64,000 nt of DNA from Gracilinanus agilis (Eukaryota), in NCBI RefSeq assembly GCF_016433145.1, contig NC_058132.1, positions 86,797,272 through 86,861,271 of the forward strand, given 5' to 3'. Numbering within the stretch: the first letter of the stretch is position 1; the number at the start of each line of letters is the position of its first letter. Shown piece after piece: positions 1-11,854 of the stretch. Made by a program: the position numbers and the translations under genes. The notes under the pieces were generated by a model. That model worked only from the letters and a program-made list of their open reading frames with translations. It was not told the origin of the DNA and ran no database searches.

Positions 1-656
1 GTTGGGTTTGTACCCCAAAGAGATCATAAATAAACAGACTTGTATGAAAATATTTATAGCTGTGCTTTTTGTGGTGGCAAAAAACTGGAAAAGGAGGGTA
101 TGCCCTTCAATTGGGGAATGGCTGAACAAATTATGGTATATGCTGGTGATGGAATACTATTGTGCTAAAAGGAATAATAAACTGGAGGAATTCCAGGTGA
201 ACTGGAAAGACCTCCAGGAACTGATGCAGAGTAAAATGAGCAGAGCCAGAAGAACACTGTACACAGAGACTGATATACAATGGCAAAATCGAATGCAATG
301 GACTTCTGTACCAGCAGCAATGAGATGACCCAGGACAATTCTGAGGGATGTATGGTAAAGAAAGCTACCCACATTCAGAGGAAGGACTGCAGGAGAGGAA
401 ACATATAAGAAAAACAACTGCTTGAATGCATGGGTCGGGGTGGACATGATTGGGGATGTAGACTTGAAACTACCACACCAATGCAACTATCAACAATTTG
501 GAAATAGGTCTGGATCAAGGACACATGACAAAACCAGTGGAAATGTGCGTCGGCCATGGGTGGAGGGAGTGTGGGGGGTGAAGGGGAAAGTAGGGGCATG
601 AATCATGTAACCATGTTAAAAATGAATATTAATAAATGTTTAAATTTAAAAAAAAA
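1..656 (+). mobile_element. L1 3' end (ORF2 C-terminus, 3' UTR, poly-A); continues beyond the window start
   Basis: ORF 2..328 (GLYPKEII...IFIAVLFVVAKNWK...GEWLNKLWY) is L1 ORF2 C-terminal sequence; AATAAA and an A-tail follow at ~630-656. Confidence 0.9.
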
Positions 657-659
657 TTG

Positions 660-1033
660 AGTAATTACTAGTTGTCAAAGTTAACATCAATTCAGGTCCT
701 TTTAAGGCAGCAAGCTTTGCTGCAGTATCTGCCTGGTGGTTCCCTCTAGAGATAGGGTCAGTTCCACCTGTATGGGCAGAGCAATGAACTACAGCTAGGG
801 CTTCAGGTAGTTGGAGAGGAGAAAGCACTTCATTAATAATCTCTGCATTTTGGATACACTTTCCAATATAGGTTAAAAAAAACCCTTTGGAGCCAAAGCA
901 TATCCACTGCATGACATATTCCAAAGGCATATCTAGAGTCTCTGTAAATTTTTTCTTTCTTGGCAATTACACAGGCATGTTTTAGAGCTATCAGTTCCGT
1001 ACCTTGAACACTTATATATGAGGGCAGTGAAGA
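660..1033 (-). mobile_element. ERV pol RNase H remnant (class I ERV)
   Basis: ORF 646..966 contains LPEALAVVHCSAHTGGTDPISRGNHQADTAAK, a retroviral RNase H C-terminal motif; aligns by eye to 11260-11610. Confidence 0.8.
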
Positions 1034-1039
1034 GTGATT

Positions 1040-1300
1040 TGTGAGGAAAGATAATGAGTTCTGTTTTGGACATGTCGAGTTAGAGATGTTTATGGAAAAC
1101 TAAATGGAAGATATCCAACTGGCAGTTGGTAATGTGAGCCTGGGAATTCAGGAGAGAAGTTACAGATGGATAAATAGATGAATACTATATTCATAGAGAT
1201 TATAATTGAACCCATGGGAGTTGATGACATTACTAAGGAAAATAGTGTACTGAGAGAAGAGAAGAATGCTCAGGACAGAGCCCTGGGGCACAAATGGGTA
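1040..1300 (-). mobile_element. L2 fragment
   Basis: Typical antisense L2 signature ttttggacatgtcgagtt...gagaagagaagaatgctcaggacagagccctggg. Confidence 0.65.
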
Positions 1301-2489
1301 TATTATAATCTGAACAAAGTTTCAATGAAGGTGACTGGAAAAGATTGATTGAGTGCTGTATCTCTGTGTCCATTCCAAGTTCTATTTTTTTCTTGCAGTT
1401 ACCATATGCAGATAATACTCTATAATATGCTTAGTGTTGTAGGGTTTCCCTTCTGATGAATTCAACTGAATTAAACAAACATTTATTAAAGTGCCTATTA
1501 TGTTCAAGGCACTGTATTAATCATTAAATAACTGGAATCATCTTCCTGCCACAGAGATATAGGAAAAAAGGAATACTAACTTCTGAGGGCTCTCTATTCT
1601 TGAAGAATTTTCAGAAAGATACACAGTGGTTTCTTTTGTAAGAGCCAGAGGAGTAGAAGAGCCATCCTTTCTTGAGGTAGAAGACTTGATTAAATGAATG
1701 AAGGGGAAAGGACTATTCCTGTCTGATATATTAGTATTGAAGAAAGAGAAACCTCTCTGGTATATCTAGTCCTAGAATACCTGGCCACTTCTCTCCATTC
1801 TTTTCTTTTCAGTACAAGACTGGTACATTCCAACAGAAGTCCAGGGATCAGGATGATGGCATGGTCCCCAGAGAATTCAGAACCTGCCTGCTCCCCTGGA
1901 AACATTAACCTTGAGGGAATAAGCTTCATCATAAAGAAACTTTTTCAGCCACTCTAGCTCAGAGAGGACTGCTTTGTTGACTCAAGAATCAGCCACTGTT
2001 AATTTGGTGAGTAACTGTTCAGGAGAAGACATCTAACTTGTCAGGGCTTATGTGTTCCTAGATGAGAATACAATGGAACCAACAGGAGAAAAAACCACAA
2101 TAGTAAGGGTGTGTATCTAGTGATCAGCATGGAGAAAAAAAAAGTAAGCATATAAGTAAGTATATCAGAGTCAAGGATTGGAATGGAACAGAATGGCTGG
2201 GGTTTTAAATCTTGGAAAGAATATTAGAAATCATCCAATATCCCCTTTTTTCAGGTGATAAAGTTGAGGCTTAGAAAAGTGTCTTGACCAGCCTTATATA
2301 GTAAATTAGGAGATGCCTTGCAATAGAACTCAAGTTTCTAGATTCCAGTTTAGAGCTTTTTCTTTTGATTCAAGTTTTTTTTTCTCAAGTGAGCCTAGAG
2401 CAAGGCTCTGAGTTCAGGAGATTAGATTCTGGACAGAGTATAAGCTGATTCAGAGGTTTGGACTCAAGAAGTTAGCAGTTACTGAGAAG

Positions 2490-4085
2490 AATGTGAATAC
2501 TGAAGCTTATCCTTGGTCCTGGGAGTGTGCCCTTTCAAGAATGACAGACTCCAGTGGAAACCCTTCAAAGACAGAGATTTATTTAGGTTAGATGGTTGGG
2601 AGGCAGTGTGCAGGACCAACTCCTTCCCTGAACAAAGAAATTTCAGGATTTTTATATGTTAAAGGAATGGGGTCTAAGTGGCTTGGAAGGGAAGGATGGG
2701 GAGGAAGATGAACAATGAGAACAAACAAGTGGGGAAATCAAGGGAGAATAAGTAAGAGAATAGATATCTTTGGGTCTGCAGCCTTGAACATAATACATCG
2801 TTTATGACATCCTGATCACAGAGGTGAGTTTGGGGGCATAGTACAAGTACACATCGTTTAAGGCATCCTGATCATGTTTCCCATCTTGAGAAAATAGGGG
2901 ATGTTTGGGATCATAAGTGATGTTGGAGATGTAAGGATCATAAAAGTGGATAAATTATCTGAAGGAAATGAATGTGTTTGAGGTTGTAAACATGAGGTAT
3001 CCCCTCATGCTCAGACCCTTTTCTTAAGGCTAGTGTAAATACAACCAAAGTTTAGAGGTGGAGGATCCTATGTTTGTTCAGCTGTGTAATAGGTGAATTT
3101 GGAGAAAGGTGATTGGTTAAGGGGATTTTGGAAAGGATGTTGTCAGGGACTTGCTAGGTAAATAATATGAGTTGCAGGTAGGATGGAATAGTGAGATTCA
3201 GGATATAATATGAGGCTGAAGTCAGGGAGTATAACACTGAAGGTAACAAAGATCTTCAGGGAGAGGAGGAATTAATCTAAACAGGCAAAGAGCAGCAGGG
3301 CTTATAGACTAGGATTTAGACTAAAGACAAACTGAGGGAAATAGACTGAATTGAAATTAACTACAGGCTTTAGTTAATTTCACAGGAAGGGACTTGTTTT
3401 GAAGTTACACCTTCCTTCAAGCTGGATACCCAGGCTTCCCTTCAAGCCTGAGTATGTTGGTTCTATTCCTCTTCTTCCCTTTTCTTACTAATTAACTGAC
3501 AAAGTAACTAACAGATCTGTTTAAACACAAAAGGGGTTTGTTGTCTTCTCTGGTTAAATTGTCAAGGAAAAGTGGATTAAGGAAGCCCTAATAGTTGTTT
3601 AAAGAAACCTCAGGTGGGGTAAGGGAGGCAGAGATGGGGTTTGAGCAAGGTCCTGCCTTAACTCAGCTCTCAAGGTGATCTTGAAATCAAAAGGGGAATA
3701 TAATGATAACTACCTAACCTCTCTAGATAAAGTACTGCCAAAGTATAGCTAAACCCTCACAGATTTGAAACTACTCTCTGATTCACTCTCCTTATTCACT
3801 CCTCACAGACATTTAGTTAAGGGAAGGAAGGTAGGAAAATGAGGTAGGGTATGGAGATTCAAGAGTTTATCTAAATTAACAAGTCTCAAATAAATTCTCT
3901 AAAGATAGGCTAAATTTTCCATCTTCAGAAAGGAGAAGAAGCAGCTGGGCTGGCCCTGACTCTCTCTCCACGAGGTCCCAGGTCCAACTGAAACTTTCTT
4001 CCAAGATTCTAAACTCCTAACTGATTTCAGAACTCAGCCAAAGCTTGTAAAAACTGTTCTCACCCCCTCTCTCTGTACTACAGCT
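2490..4085. mobile_element. Probable LTR/ERV-derived sequence, possibly composite
   Basis: Internal short direct repeat (catcgttta..catcctgatca at ~2795 and ~2853), PPT-like aaaaggggaa near 3690, LTR-like composition; ends not resolved. Confidence 0.3.
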
Positions 4086-4384
4086 GCGAGTCCTGGAAGA
4101 GGAATTCCTCATGTAATCTCTGACATGTGGTGTTTCTAGGAATTTGGGGAGTACTGGGGGACCCTGGGGTTCACCACATGACCATTCTGTTCAAAGACTC
4201 AGAAGCTTATTTTAAGCACAGTGGACCCTGTATGTGGTTTCAATGCTTTATCTAGAGAGTGTGAGGGAAGGTACTCTTGGGAAATCAGTCAATAATGACA
4301 GACTCCACTCAGGATGTTTTATTATTATAATCATCATCATTATTATTGTTATTGTTATAAATAGCTAGCATTTCAGTGGTACCA

Positions 4385-4590
4385 TTGTTAGAGTGCTGGT
4401 TTGGGGATTAGAAAGACTTGAGTTCAAATCAAGCCTCAGACACTTACTAGCAGTGTGACCCTGGGCAAGTCAATTAACCCTTTTTGCCTCAGTTTCCTCA
4501 TCCATAAAGTGAACTGGTGAAAAAAATGGCAAAGCACTCCAAAAAAAAAACCTGAATGAGGCCATGAAGTATCTGACAGCACTAATCAAT
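4385..4590 (+). mobile_element. MAR1-like CORE-SINE
   Basis: gagttcaaatc B-box, CORE gtgtgaccctgggcaagtca..tgcctcagtttcctcatc, RTE-like tail aaatggcaaagcactcca. Confidence 0.7.
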
Positions 4591-4614
4591 TAAACAACAA
4601 ATACAACAGTTTAA

Positions 4615-4832
4615 GATTCGCAAAGCCCTTTATAGATATTATTTCATTTTATTCTCACAATAACCTTTGGAGATAGGTATATTATTATTTCAATTTTTCA
4701 GCTAAGCAAACTTAAACAGAGGTAAAGTGACTTGACTGGGAATACATAGCTAGTAAGCATGTGGGACTAAATTTGAAGTCATTTCTTCTTGCCTCTGGGT
4801 CCAGCATTCTATCCATTGGGGCACCTAGCTGC
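4615..4832 (-). mobile_element. MIR-type SINE
   Basis: Antisense MIR pattern attctcacaataacc...aagtgacttg...ccagcattctatccat. Confidence 0.6.
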
Positions 4833-5550
4833 ACAAAATAACATTTCTCTATAAGAGACTATATGGAGAGAGTGTATTATTTCTCTTATGTTGTGTGTGT
4901 GTGATTTTTCAGAAAAAGAGTATAAGGAAGAGTTGTAAAGAAGTGATATATAGGAAGAGAGATTTGGGAAAGGACTGTGGTCAATATGTGTGAAATAGGA
5001 AAAGACTCAGAAAACCACCATATCAAATCAGCCTCATTATGCAAATAGCTCCTGATATGAATGAGATATCCTCTTCTCTTCAAGGAGTTAAATTCTAGTA
5101 GGGGAAATAAGACTTAAATATGTCATCAGTCATATAATTTATTATTTTCATAGCAGCCCAAACAAAAGGGGATATGTACTATGGCAACATGTGAACAAGT
5201 GTCAAGTGAATTGTACAATTATATAATTATATAAGAATTTTGGAATAAGAACAGATCATTTTTGAGGATGGGATCAGTCAAGGAGGGTTTCATGGACTAG
5301 GTGGAATTTTAGCTTGTCCTTGAAGTGTGAGAGGATAGAGATATGAGGAAAAGTACAATTTCCTATTATGTGACTAGCATGAGCAAAAACACAGGAATAG
5401 GAAAATAAATGATAGAGACATTCAGAATTTAAAAACCTTTGGATTTCAGAAAATTTAAATAATATAGTTACATAATTTATTTGAAAAAATAAATGTCCTT
5501 GCATGCAAATATAAATGCAATTTTAAAAGCAGAAGAGGTAGGGGAGAACA

Positions 5551-5617
5551 CAGACACACTTCAGAAATATTGTGGATTAGGTTCCATCACAACAATAAAG
5601 CAAATATCATAATAAAG
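5551..5617 (-). mobile_element. Tigger1-like terminal fragment
   Basis: cagacacacttcagaaatattgtggattaggttcca..caataaagcaaatatcataataaag resembles the Tigger1 terminus CAGGCATACCTCGGAGATATTGCGGGTTCGGTTCCAG..CAATAAAGCGAATATCGCAATAAAG (consensus recalled from memory). Confidence 0.55.
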
Positions 5618-7566
5618 TATTAGGAGAGTCCTTGATAAACTAGCTAATATACAAATAAATTAGTCCAATAAAGTGAGAGTCTAACAACTCTTCCAGTGGG
5701 GAATGGTTAATGTAATTTGGGATGTTTAATTTGGAGCAAAAAAGATCTAAGGTAGCTTTGGCAATCCTCTAAAAGATCACATGCTCAAACTGCACCTTCA
5801 AGCTGCCTGTGCTGCCTGCTTTACCTCAGAAAGAAGAGGGAGGAAGTGCTAGCACTGGACTGCTCGGCAGAGGGGTGGAGTATGTGAAAATTATCCTCAT
5901 GCATAGTTGAGAGAGGGAATGGAGCAGCCTCCTTGCACATGCCAGGGCACCCATGCCACACCTTTGACAATGTGGAAAGGGATGCCATTTATTAATTCAT
6001 TCAACAATATTTCCCTAGCAACAGCTATGTCGCCAAAGGAACATTATGTTAAATAGGGAGGAGAAAAAGGTGAACAGACACCCCAAAAAAAAGAGGTAAT
6101 ATGATGTGATCTAAGATAGACAAGGTAAATAGGATTTCAGAGGAAGGAGGAGTATCTTCCCTTTTACAGTTGGTTAAGGATAGGATAAATTCCAGAAGAC
6201 TTGACTGAGGATATGGGGTTTTAGTTGCATCTTGAACAAAAGATAAATTAATATTAATGCTCACAGCACTACTGAATTAAGATTGGTTTTGACTTGAAAC
6301 TGCCTCAGAATTCCAATTTTAATTCTTTCCTCATCTCTTCCTCATTCTCTTTACTCTAGCCTAATCACATCACCCAGGACTAGAGAAAATACTATTAATT
6401 TTTATTTACTCCAAGTTCTTTTTGAACTCGAATTCCAATAAATTACCCACATTTCCTCATCAGAATACATAGAACAGGATAGAAGAAAGAGAAAAAGACA
6501 GAGAGAAACAGTCTGACAAAAATAGAGATGAAGAGAATATGAAGGAGAAAGAATGATAGAGAGGAACACAGGAAGACAGAGAGAGGGAGAAAAAGAGATT
6601 CTGTTTTATTCAGTAGACAAGTGAAGTCATACTTTTTAGTCTGCATGGAAGGAGAGGGATAGAATAAATCATTAGTAGAGAAAAAAATAATTTAGAAAGT
6701 ATATCCTAGGGATTTCTCATTAGAGAGAGACAAACTAATGTGATCACACATGCAACTACATGAGGACAGATGGAAAATACAATAGTTAACTGGTCAGTGT
6801 TTTTGAGATCTCTCATTTTTATGATGGAGAAACAGACTCCAAGAGGATAAATGACTTACTCAAGGCTACTAAGTGAGGTAAGACTAGCATTAGAACTCTA
6901 AACTTCCACAGAAAACTTCAGAACCTTTCAGCATCAAAGTGTGAATAGATCAGGAGGCATTTGTAGGTTTGGAGGCAGTGAGTGTGGTGTAGGAGAAAGC
7001 ATAATGGACCCGAAGTCATGGATTTACTGCATGTTTAAACATTCTGCCTAACATTTCTAAGTATTAATTTTCTCACCTATAAAAGAGGACAATCAATGCC
7101 TACAATATCCACCTCACAAGGTGAGGATTAAATGAATCACATTCATTTATTATAATTATTATCATTTTTATTATTATATCATGTTCTTCTTTGGGGAAGA
7201 ACATTTCTGAGACATGGTATGATGAATGGGGACAGAATTCTACCATAGAAGTTGGTAGTGCTGCTCTTAGTCCTGCCTTTTGCTACTGTCATTGAACATT
7301 ATTGAAACACTTACTTGTTTTTTCTGTATTTGTTTCCCCACCATCAAAATAAGGGATTTTGAGTTATAACCTAGCCATTTCATGGGGAAATATAAAGGAC
7401 ATGTCTTTGAAAAAAGGAAAACTCCTAACAAAATGGAAGATAAAATTAGAGTAGGGTTGAGGGGTGGATACGTGTAGTTAAAGGGCATGGAACTTTGGCT
7501 CAGTGGGAAAAATAATCAGAGAATTACTAGTCTTTAGACCATTCCATAAATTCATTGCCATTTGAC

Positions 7567-7586
7567 TTCTTTGTTTCTTTTTTCAG
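7567..7586 (+). promoter_or_regulatory. 3' splice acceptor of the OR52 coding exon
   Basis: Long pyrimidine tract ttctttgtttcttttttcag ending at 7586, 47 nt upstream of the ATG; typical OR 5'-UTR intron architecture. Confidence 0.7.
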
Positions 7587-7633
7587 CATGGGATCTCTAT
7601 GAATCATAAAACACGATCCTTCCAGGTGCGACC

Positions 7634-8590
7634 ATGGTGGGCAATGCCACTATCCCCAACTTCTCATCCTTTTTCTTGGTTGGTATTCCTGGTCTTGAAG
7701 TCTTCCACTGTTGGTTCAGCATCCCTGTCTGCCTTTTGTATGTCATGACTCTAATGGGGAATGGTCTCATTGTCCTTGTGATAAAAGAAGAACCAAGCCT
7801 TCATCAGCCCATGTTCTTTTTCCTTTGTATGCTAGCCTTTAATGATGTAGCTATTTCCTCAGCTATAGCCCCCAGGATGCTTGGCATATTTTGGTTGGAT
7901 GCTCATCTCATTGGATTTGAGGTTTGCTTGACCCAAATGTACTTAATCCACACTTTTTCCATTATTGAATCAGCTCTTTTGGTTGTCATGGCCTTTGACC
8001 GCTATGTTGCCATTTGCCATCCACTGCATTATGCCACCATCCTGACCACTCCTTTGGTCATCAGGTTAGGGCTGGTAAGTGTGGCTCGAGGTGCCATTAT
8101 GGTCTTGCCCTGTCCACTGCTTATTAAACGACTGATGTATTGTACTCAGAATGTTATACGGCATACCTACTGTGAACACATGGCTGTGGTGAAGCTTGCC
8201 TGCACTGATACCTACATAAACCGGAGCTATGGCATCTTTGTGGCTCTCTCAGTCATACTTCTGGACATTGGACTTATTTCTATGTCCTATGTCAAGATCC
8301 TTCAGGCTGTCTTCCGACTCTCCTCTAAGGAATCCCGCTCTAAGGCCCTGGGCACTTGTGCTGCCCATATCTGTACTATCCTCTTCACTTATATACCTGC
8401 CCTGTTTAGTTTCCTCACCCACCGCATTGGCAAGAGGGTGCCCCCATCCATTCACATTATCTTTGCCAGTATATATCTCCTGGTGCCACCTGCAGTCAAT
8501 CCATTAGTCTATGGTGTAAAGACCAAGCAGATTCGTGACCAAGTGGTCATGCTTTTCCTCAGGAAAAAGGATAAGGACTCCAAGCATTAG
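7634..8590 (+). CDS. Class I olfactory receptor, OR52 family, intact, 318 aa
   Basis: Motifs FFLVGIPGLE, LHQPMFFFL, MAFDRYVAICHPLHY, HTYCEHMAVVKLAC, KALGTC, PPAVNPLVYGVKTKQIR; Kozak accATGG; N-glycosylation sequon NAT. Confidence 0.97.
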   Translation: MVGNATIPNFSSFFLVGIPGLEVFHCWFSIPVCLLYVMTLMGNGLIVLVIKEEPSLHQPMFFFLCMLAFNDVAISSAIAPRMLGIFWLDAHLIGFEVCLTQMYLIHTFSIIESALLVVMAFDRYVAICHPLHYATILTTPLVIRLGLVSVARGAIMVLPCPLLIKRLMYCTQNVIRHTYCEHMAVVKLACTDTYINRSYGIFVALSVILLDIGLISMSYVKILQAVFRLSSKESRSKALGTCAAHICTILFTYIPALFSFLTHRIGKRVPPSIHIIFASIYLLVPPAVNPLVYGVKTKQIRDQVVMLFLRKKDKDSKH

Positions 8591-10491
8591 TTCAGGGTTA
8601 GGCATGACATTTCTTGAGACTGGAACCACTTACTGTGAAGAAACACCAAGACTGAGCTGAGAGGACAATGCAGTGTATGGGCTACCTTTAGCTGGCTTGT
8701 TTGCCAACCATGACCCATTTTATCTACACTCATCTTCCCATCAGTAACTCTAGGGAGTTTGGTTAGAGTGTAATGAGATAATGTCTTGAAGCTTTTCTTG
8801 TTTACTTTGAGATGATTTGTCTTCCTCTATACACTAGTCAGTTTGAGGCCTGGGTCAAGTTTTGCTTCTGATCTGGGAGGGATAAGGACTACATAGATGA
8901 AATTACCTGAGGAGGAGTAGGAAGAGGCAATCCCTAGCTTGTTTACCAGATCCCCTTGGGCAATCTTGAATCAAACCTGATGATTTGACCTTCCTTTACA
9001 CAGAAGTCCAAAAAATCCTTAAGATGGAAGAGTACAACAGCTTCAGAATGATTAAGTTCTTTCTAACCTGTTTATAAGTAAAAACAGCTATAAATTAATT
9101 GTCAAGAAACCTTCAGAAATCAAGAAGATGTGACCAAATACAGAGGCTAAGGTCTATGAAGATAGAATCCTTCAGCTTGACCTCAGACTTTCTTAAATTT
9201 TCTCCCTGTTAAAATCTAACTGTCCCAAGGATAGGATAAATTCAGTAGGAACCATCACTAAGTCATGGTACAGAGTCCAATTCTTCTGAACCTTATACTC
9301 TCACTCTGTCATCTACACTCAATTCAAGTACCTTCCAATCTCAACTATTACCTTACAAAATACTATTTTCACCTTTTCCCATCCTGATCATGACCAGCTT
9401 CAATGTTAACTCACTACAGTGATTATTTGCTTCCAGATTTTAGTTATTTCTCACAGAGGCTTACTATAGTGGCCTGACCTGAACAAGCCAAGGTGACATG
9501 GATCTTTGGCCATATCCAAGAAAAGCAGACATAACTACTTTACATTGATAGAAAATTAATGCCTTCAGAGGGTGATGCTGAGAAGAGACTTTGCTATTTT
9601 TGAAAAAGATGCTGGAATATTACCAGGAAGTTAGCCAGAAATCCTAAGGCTTTAGCACCAAATATTTCCAGTCTTTAATGACTAGTGCTGGTAAGGATAA
9701 ACTTTCTAAACCAACTGGGATGACTTGATAGTCTCAAGAGCTTCAAGAAACATGTGGAACACTGACAAAAAGGATGTAAACAAATCAGTAAGCACAAATT
9801 TGATCTGGAGATATAAAAGAATTTGATGGTCAATTTTGACTTCTGAACTAGTTACCATTTGAAATCTATATAGTCACATAAATATGGGGAATTTATTGAG
9901 ATAATATTTTTTCCTGACATAACCCATTTCTCTCTCACTCCTGTGGTCTGTGACATTTATTGCCTCGGTTGGTCTAATCCATGCATCAAGGGGAACTCTC
10001 AGGTCACTGTCTTTCTATCCAGGTAATGCCAAAAAAACCCCAAACAAATCCTATTATTTGGGTAAGTCAGTGTACAGACAGTGACCAATAGTGTAATAAA
10101 ACAAAGGAATGGATTTGGCTTGCTGAGAAATATTTTCAAGGACTTCTTGTATATATTAAGGGGTAGTAAATATTGTTGCATTCATAGAAACTTTCCTTCA
10201 GTTTGAGTGATCCAACAAAGCAATGTGCTTCCTAGAAAACCAGTAGATTCTTTGTCATTGTAATTCTTCATACAGAGATGGAATGATCCCTTTTTAATGG
10301 ATGTAGTATAGTTTTTCGTTTAGGCACAGTTTCAAAAGCAGGTGACTTTTGAGATCTCCTTTTCAGCCCTGAGTATTTGGTTCTAGAAATAGGTATTCAG
10401 CTTATTTAAGTCAAATTTAAAAACAAATTTGGAACTAAGAATTTGGCAGGTACTCTACCAGACAATATTAATGGAGTAGTCCTTGCTTTCT

Positions 10492-11854
10492 TCAAGAGAG
10501 CAATAGAAATGCCCCCCACCCCAGTAATGATGTGTATGTTGGAGAAAAAGGCTTAACCTGTATGGGGGAATGTCCAAAAAGCATCTCAAATGGTGAGATG
10601 TGTAGATCTCCCCTAAGTGTGCTATGAGGATAAAACAAAGCTAAGGGGAGAACTTTAGGCCATTTCAAATGAGTCTCAGTGCACAATTTTCCAATCATAT
10701 TTTTAAGACCTCTATTCATTCCCTCAAGTTGGCCTGAGCTCTGGGGTGTGATAGGGTACATGGAATTGGGGAGTGATCCCCAAACAAGAATGAATCTGAG
10801 ACAAAACAGGAAAAGCATTAGGAAAGGCTTCTAGCCATCTGGTCAGCTGATCCACTATGACCAAGCAAACTTTATAATAATATCCATCCTTAGGCATGGT
10901 AATAAAGTCATTTTGTAAATGCTCAAAAGGTGTGTAAGTCAGAGGATGCCAACCAAAAACCTTGCCTCAAAAAGCATGTTGATTATATGCCTGGCAAGTG
11001 GAACAGGCTGCACACACTTTAGAGGCTATGGTCATTATACCAGGACTATACATACTTTTTTGACAGTCTACAATACCCTGAGTGCCAAAGTGACCGTTCT
11101 TATGAATGGATAAGCATATTTGTTGATAAAAAACATCTAGGCAGTAGGGTTTTCCTTCAGATGACACCCATACCCCATTGATCTGTTTTGATTTAAACTT
11201 TTGTTTCCATTTTTCCACTTCCCGTTCATTATACAAGAGAAATAAATTTGAATTGTTAATAGTTGTTGAAGTTAAAATTAATTCAGGTCCTCCTAAGATA
11301 GCAAGCTTTGCTGCTGTATCTGCTTGGTGTTTCCCTCTAAAAACAGGTCTGCCCACCTGTATGGGCAGAGCAATGAACTAGAGCTAGAGCTTCAGGTAAC
11401 TGGAGAGCAGAAAGCACTTCATTAATGATCTCTTCATTTTTGATACATTTTCCAGCAGAGGTTTAAAATCCTCTTTGGAACCATAGCATACCCACTGCAT
11501 GACATATTCCAAAGGAATATCTAGAGTCTTCCTTGCCCTTGGCAATTATACAGGTATGTTTTAGAGCTTTCAGTTCTGTACCTTGAGCACTTATATTTGA
11601 GGACAGTGAAGCTGACCACACAGTGGAGAATTCTGTGACTACAACAGCAGCAGTATAGTGTATGCCATCCCTCATAAAAGAAGAGCCATCATTAAATAAA
11701 AATAAGGCTGTGTTGTCTAGAAGAGTGTTTAAGAGATTATCTTGAAGCTTTTCATCCATGGACACTAAAGATTTATAATTGTGCAATGGTTCTCTTGAGA
11801 CTGGTAAATCTGGAAGCAAGATAGTAGGATTAAGGACTGTACAGTGTTTCAAGG
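10492..11854 (-). mobile_element. ERV pol: RNase H and integrase, degenerate, with an apparent internal deletion in the integrase core
   Basis: LFNDGSSFM (RNase H), zinc-finger remnants IHKNGHFG...VCAACSTCQAYN, integrase EHLQNDFITMP..IVDQLTRWLEAF and PQSSGQLEGMNRGLK. Confidence 0.9.

Noticed and set aside
8950-8962. O/E-like ccccttgggc downstream of the OR52 gene
   Set aside because: Isolated imperfect motif with no supporting context
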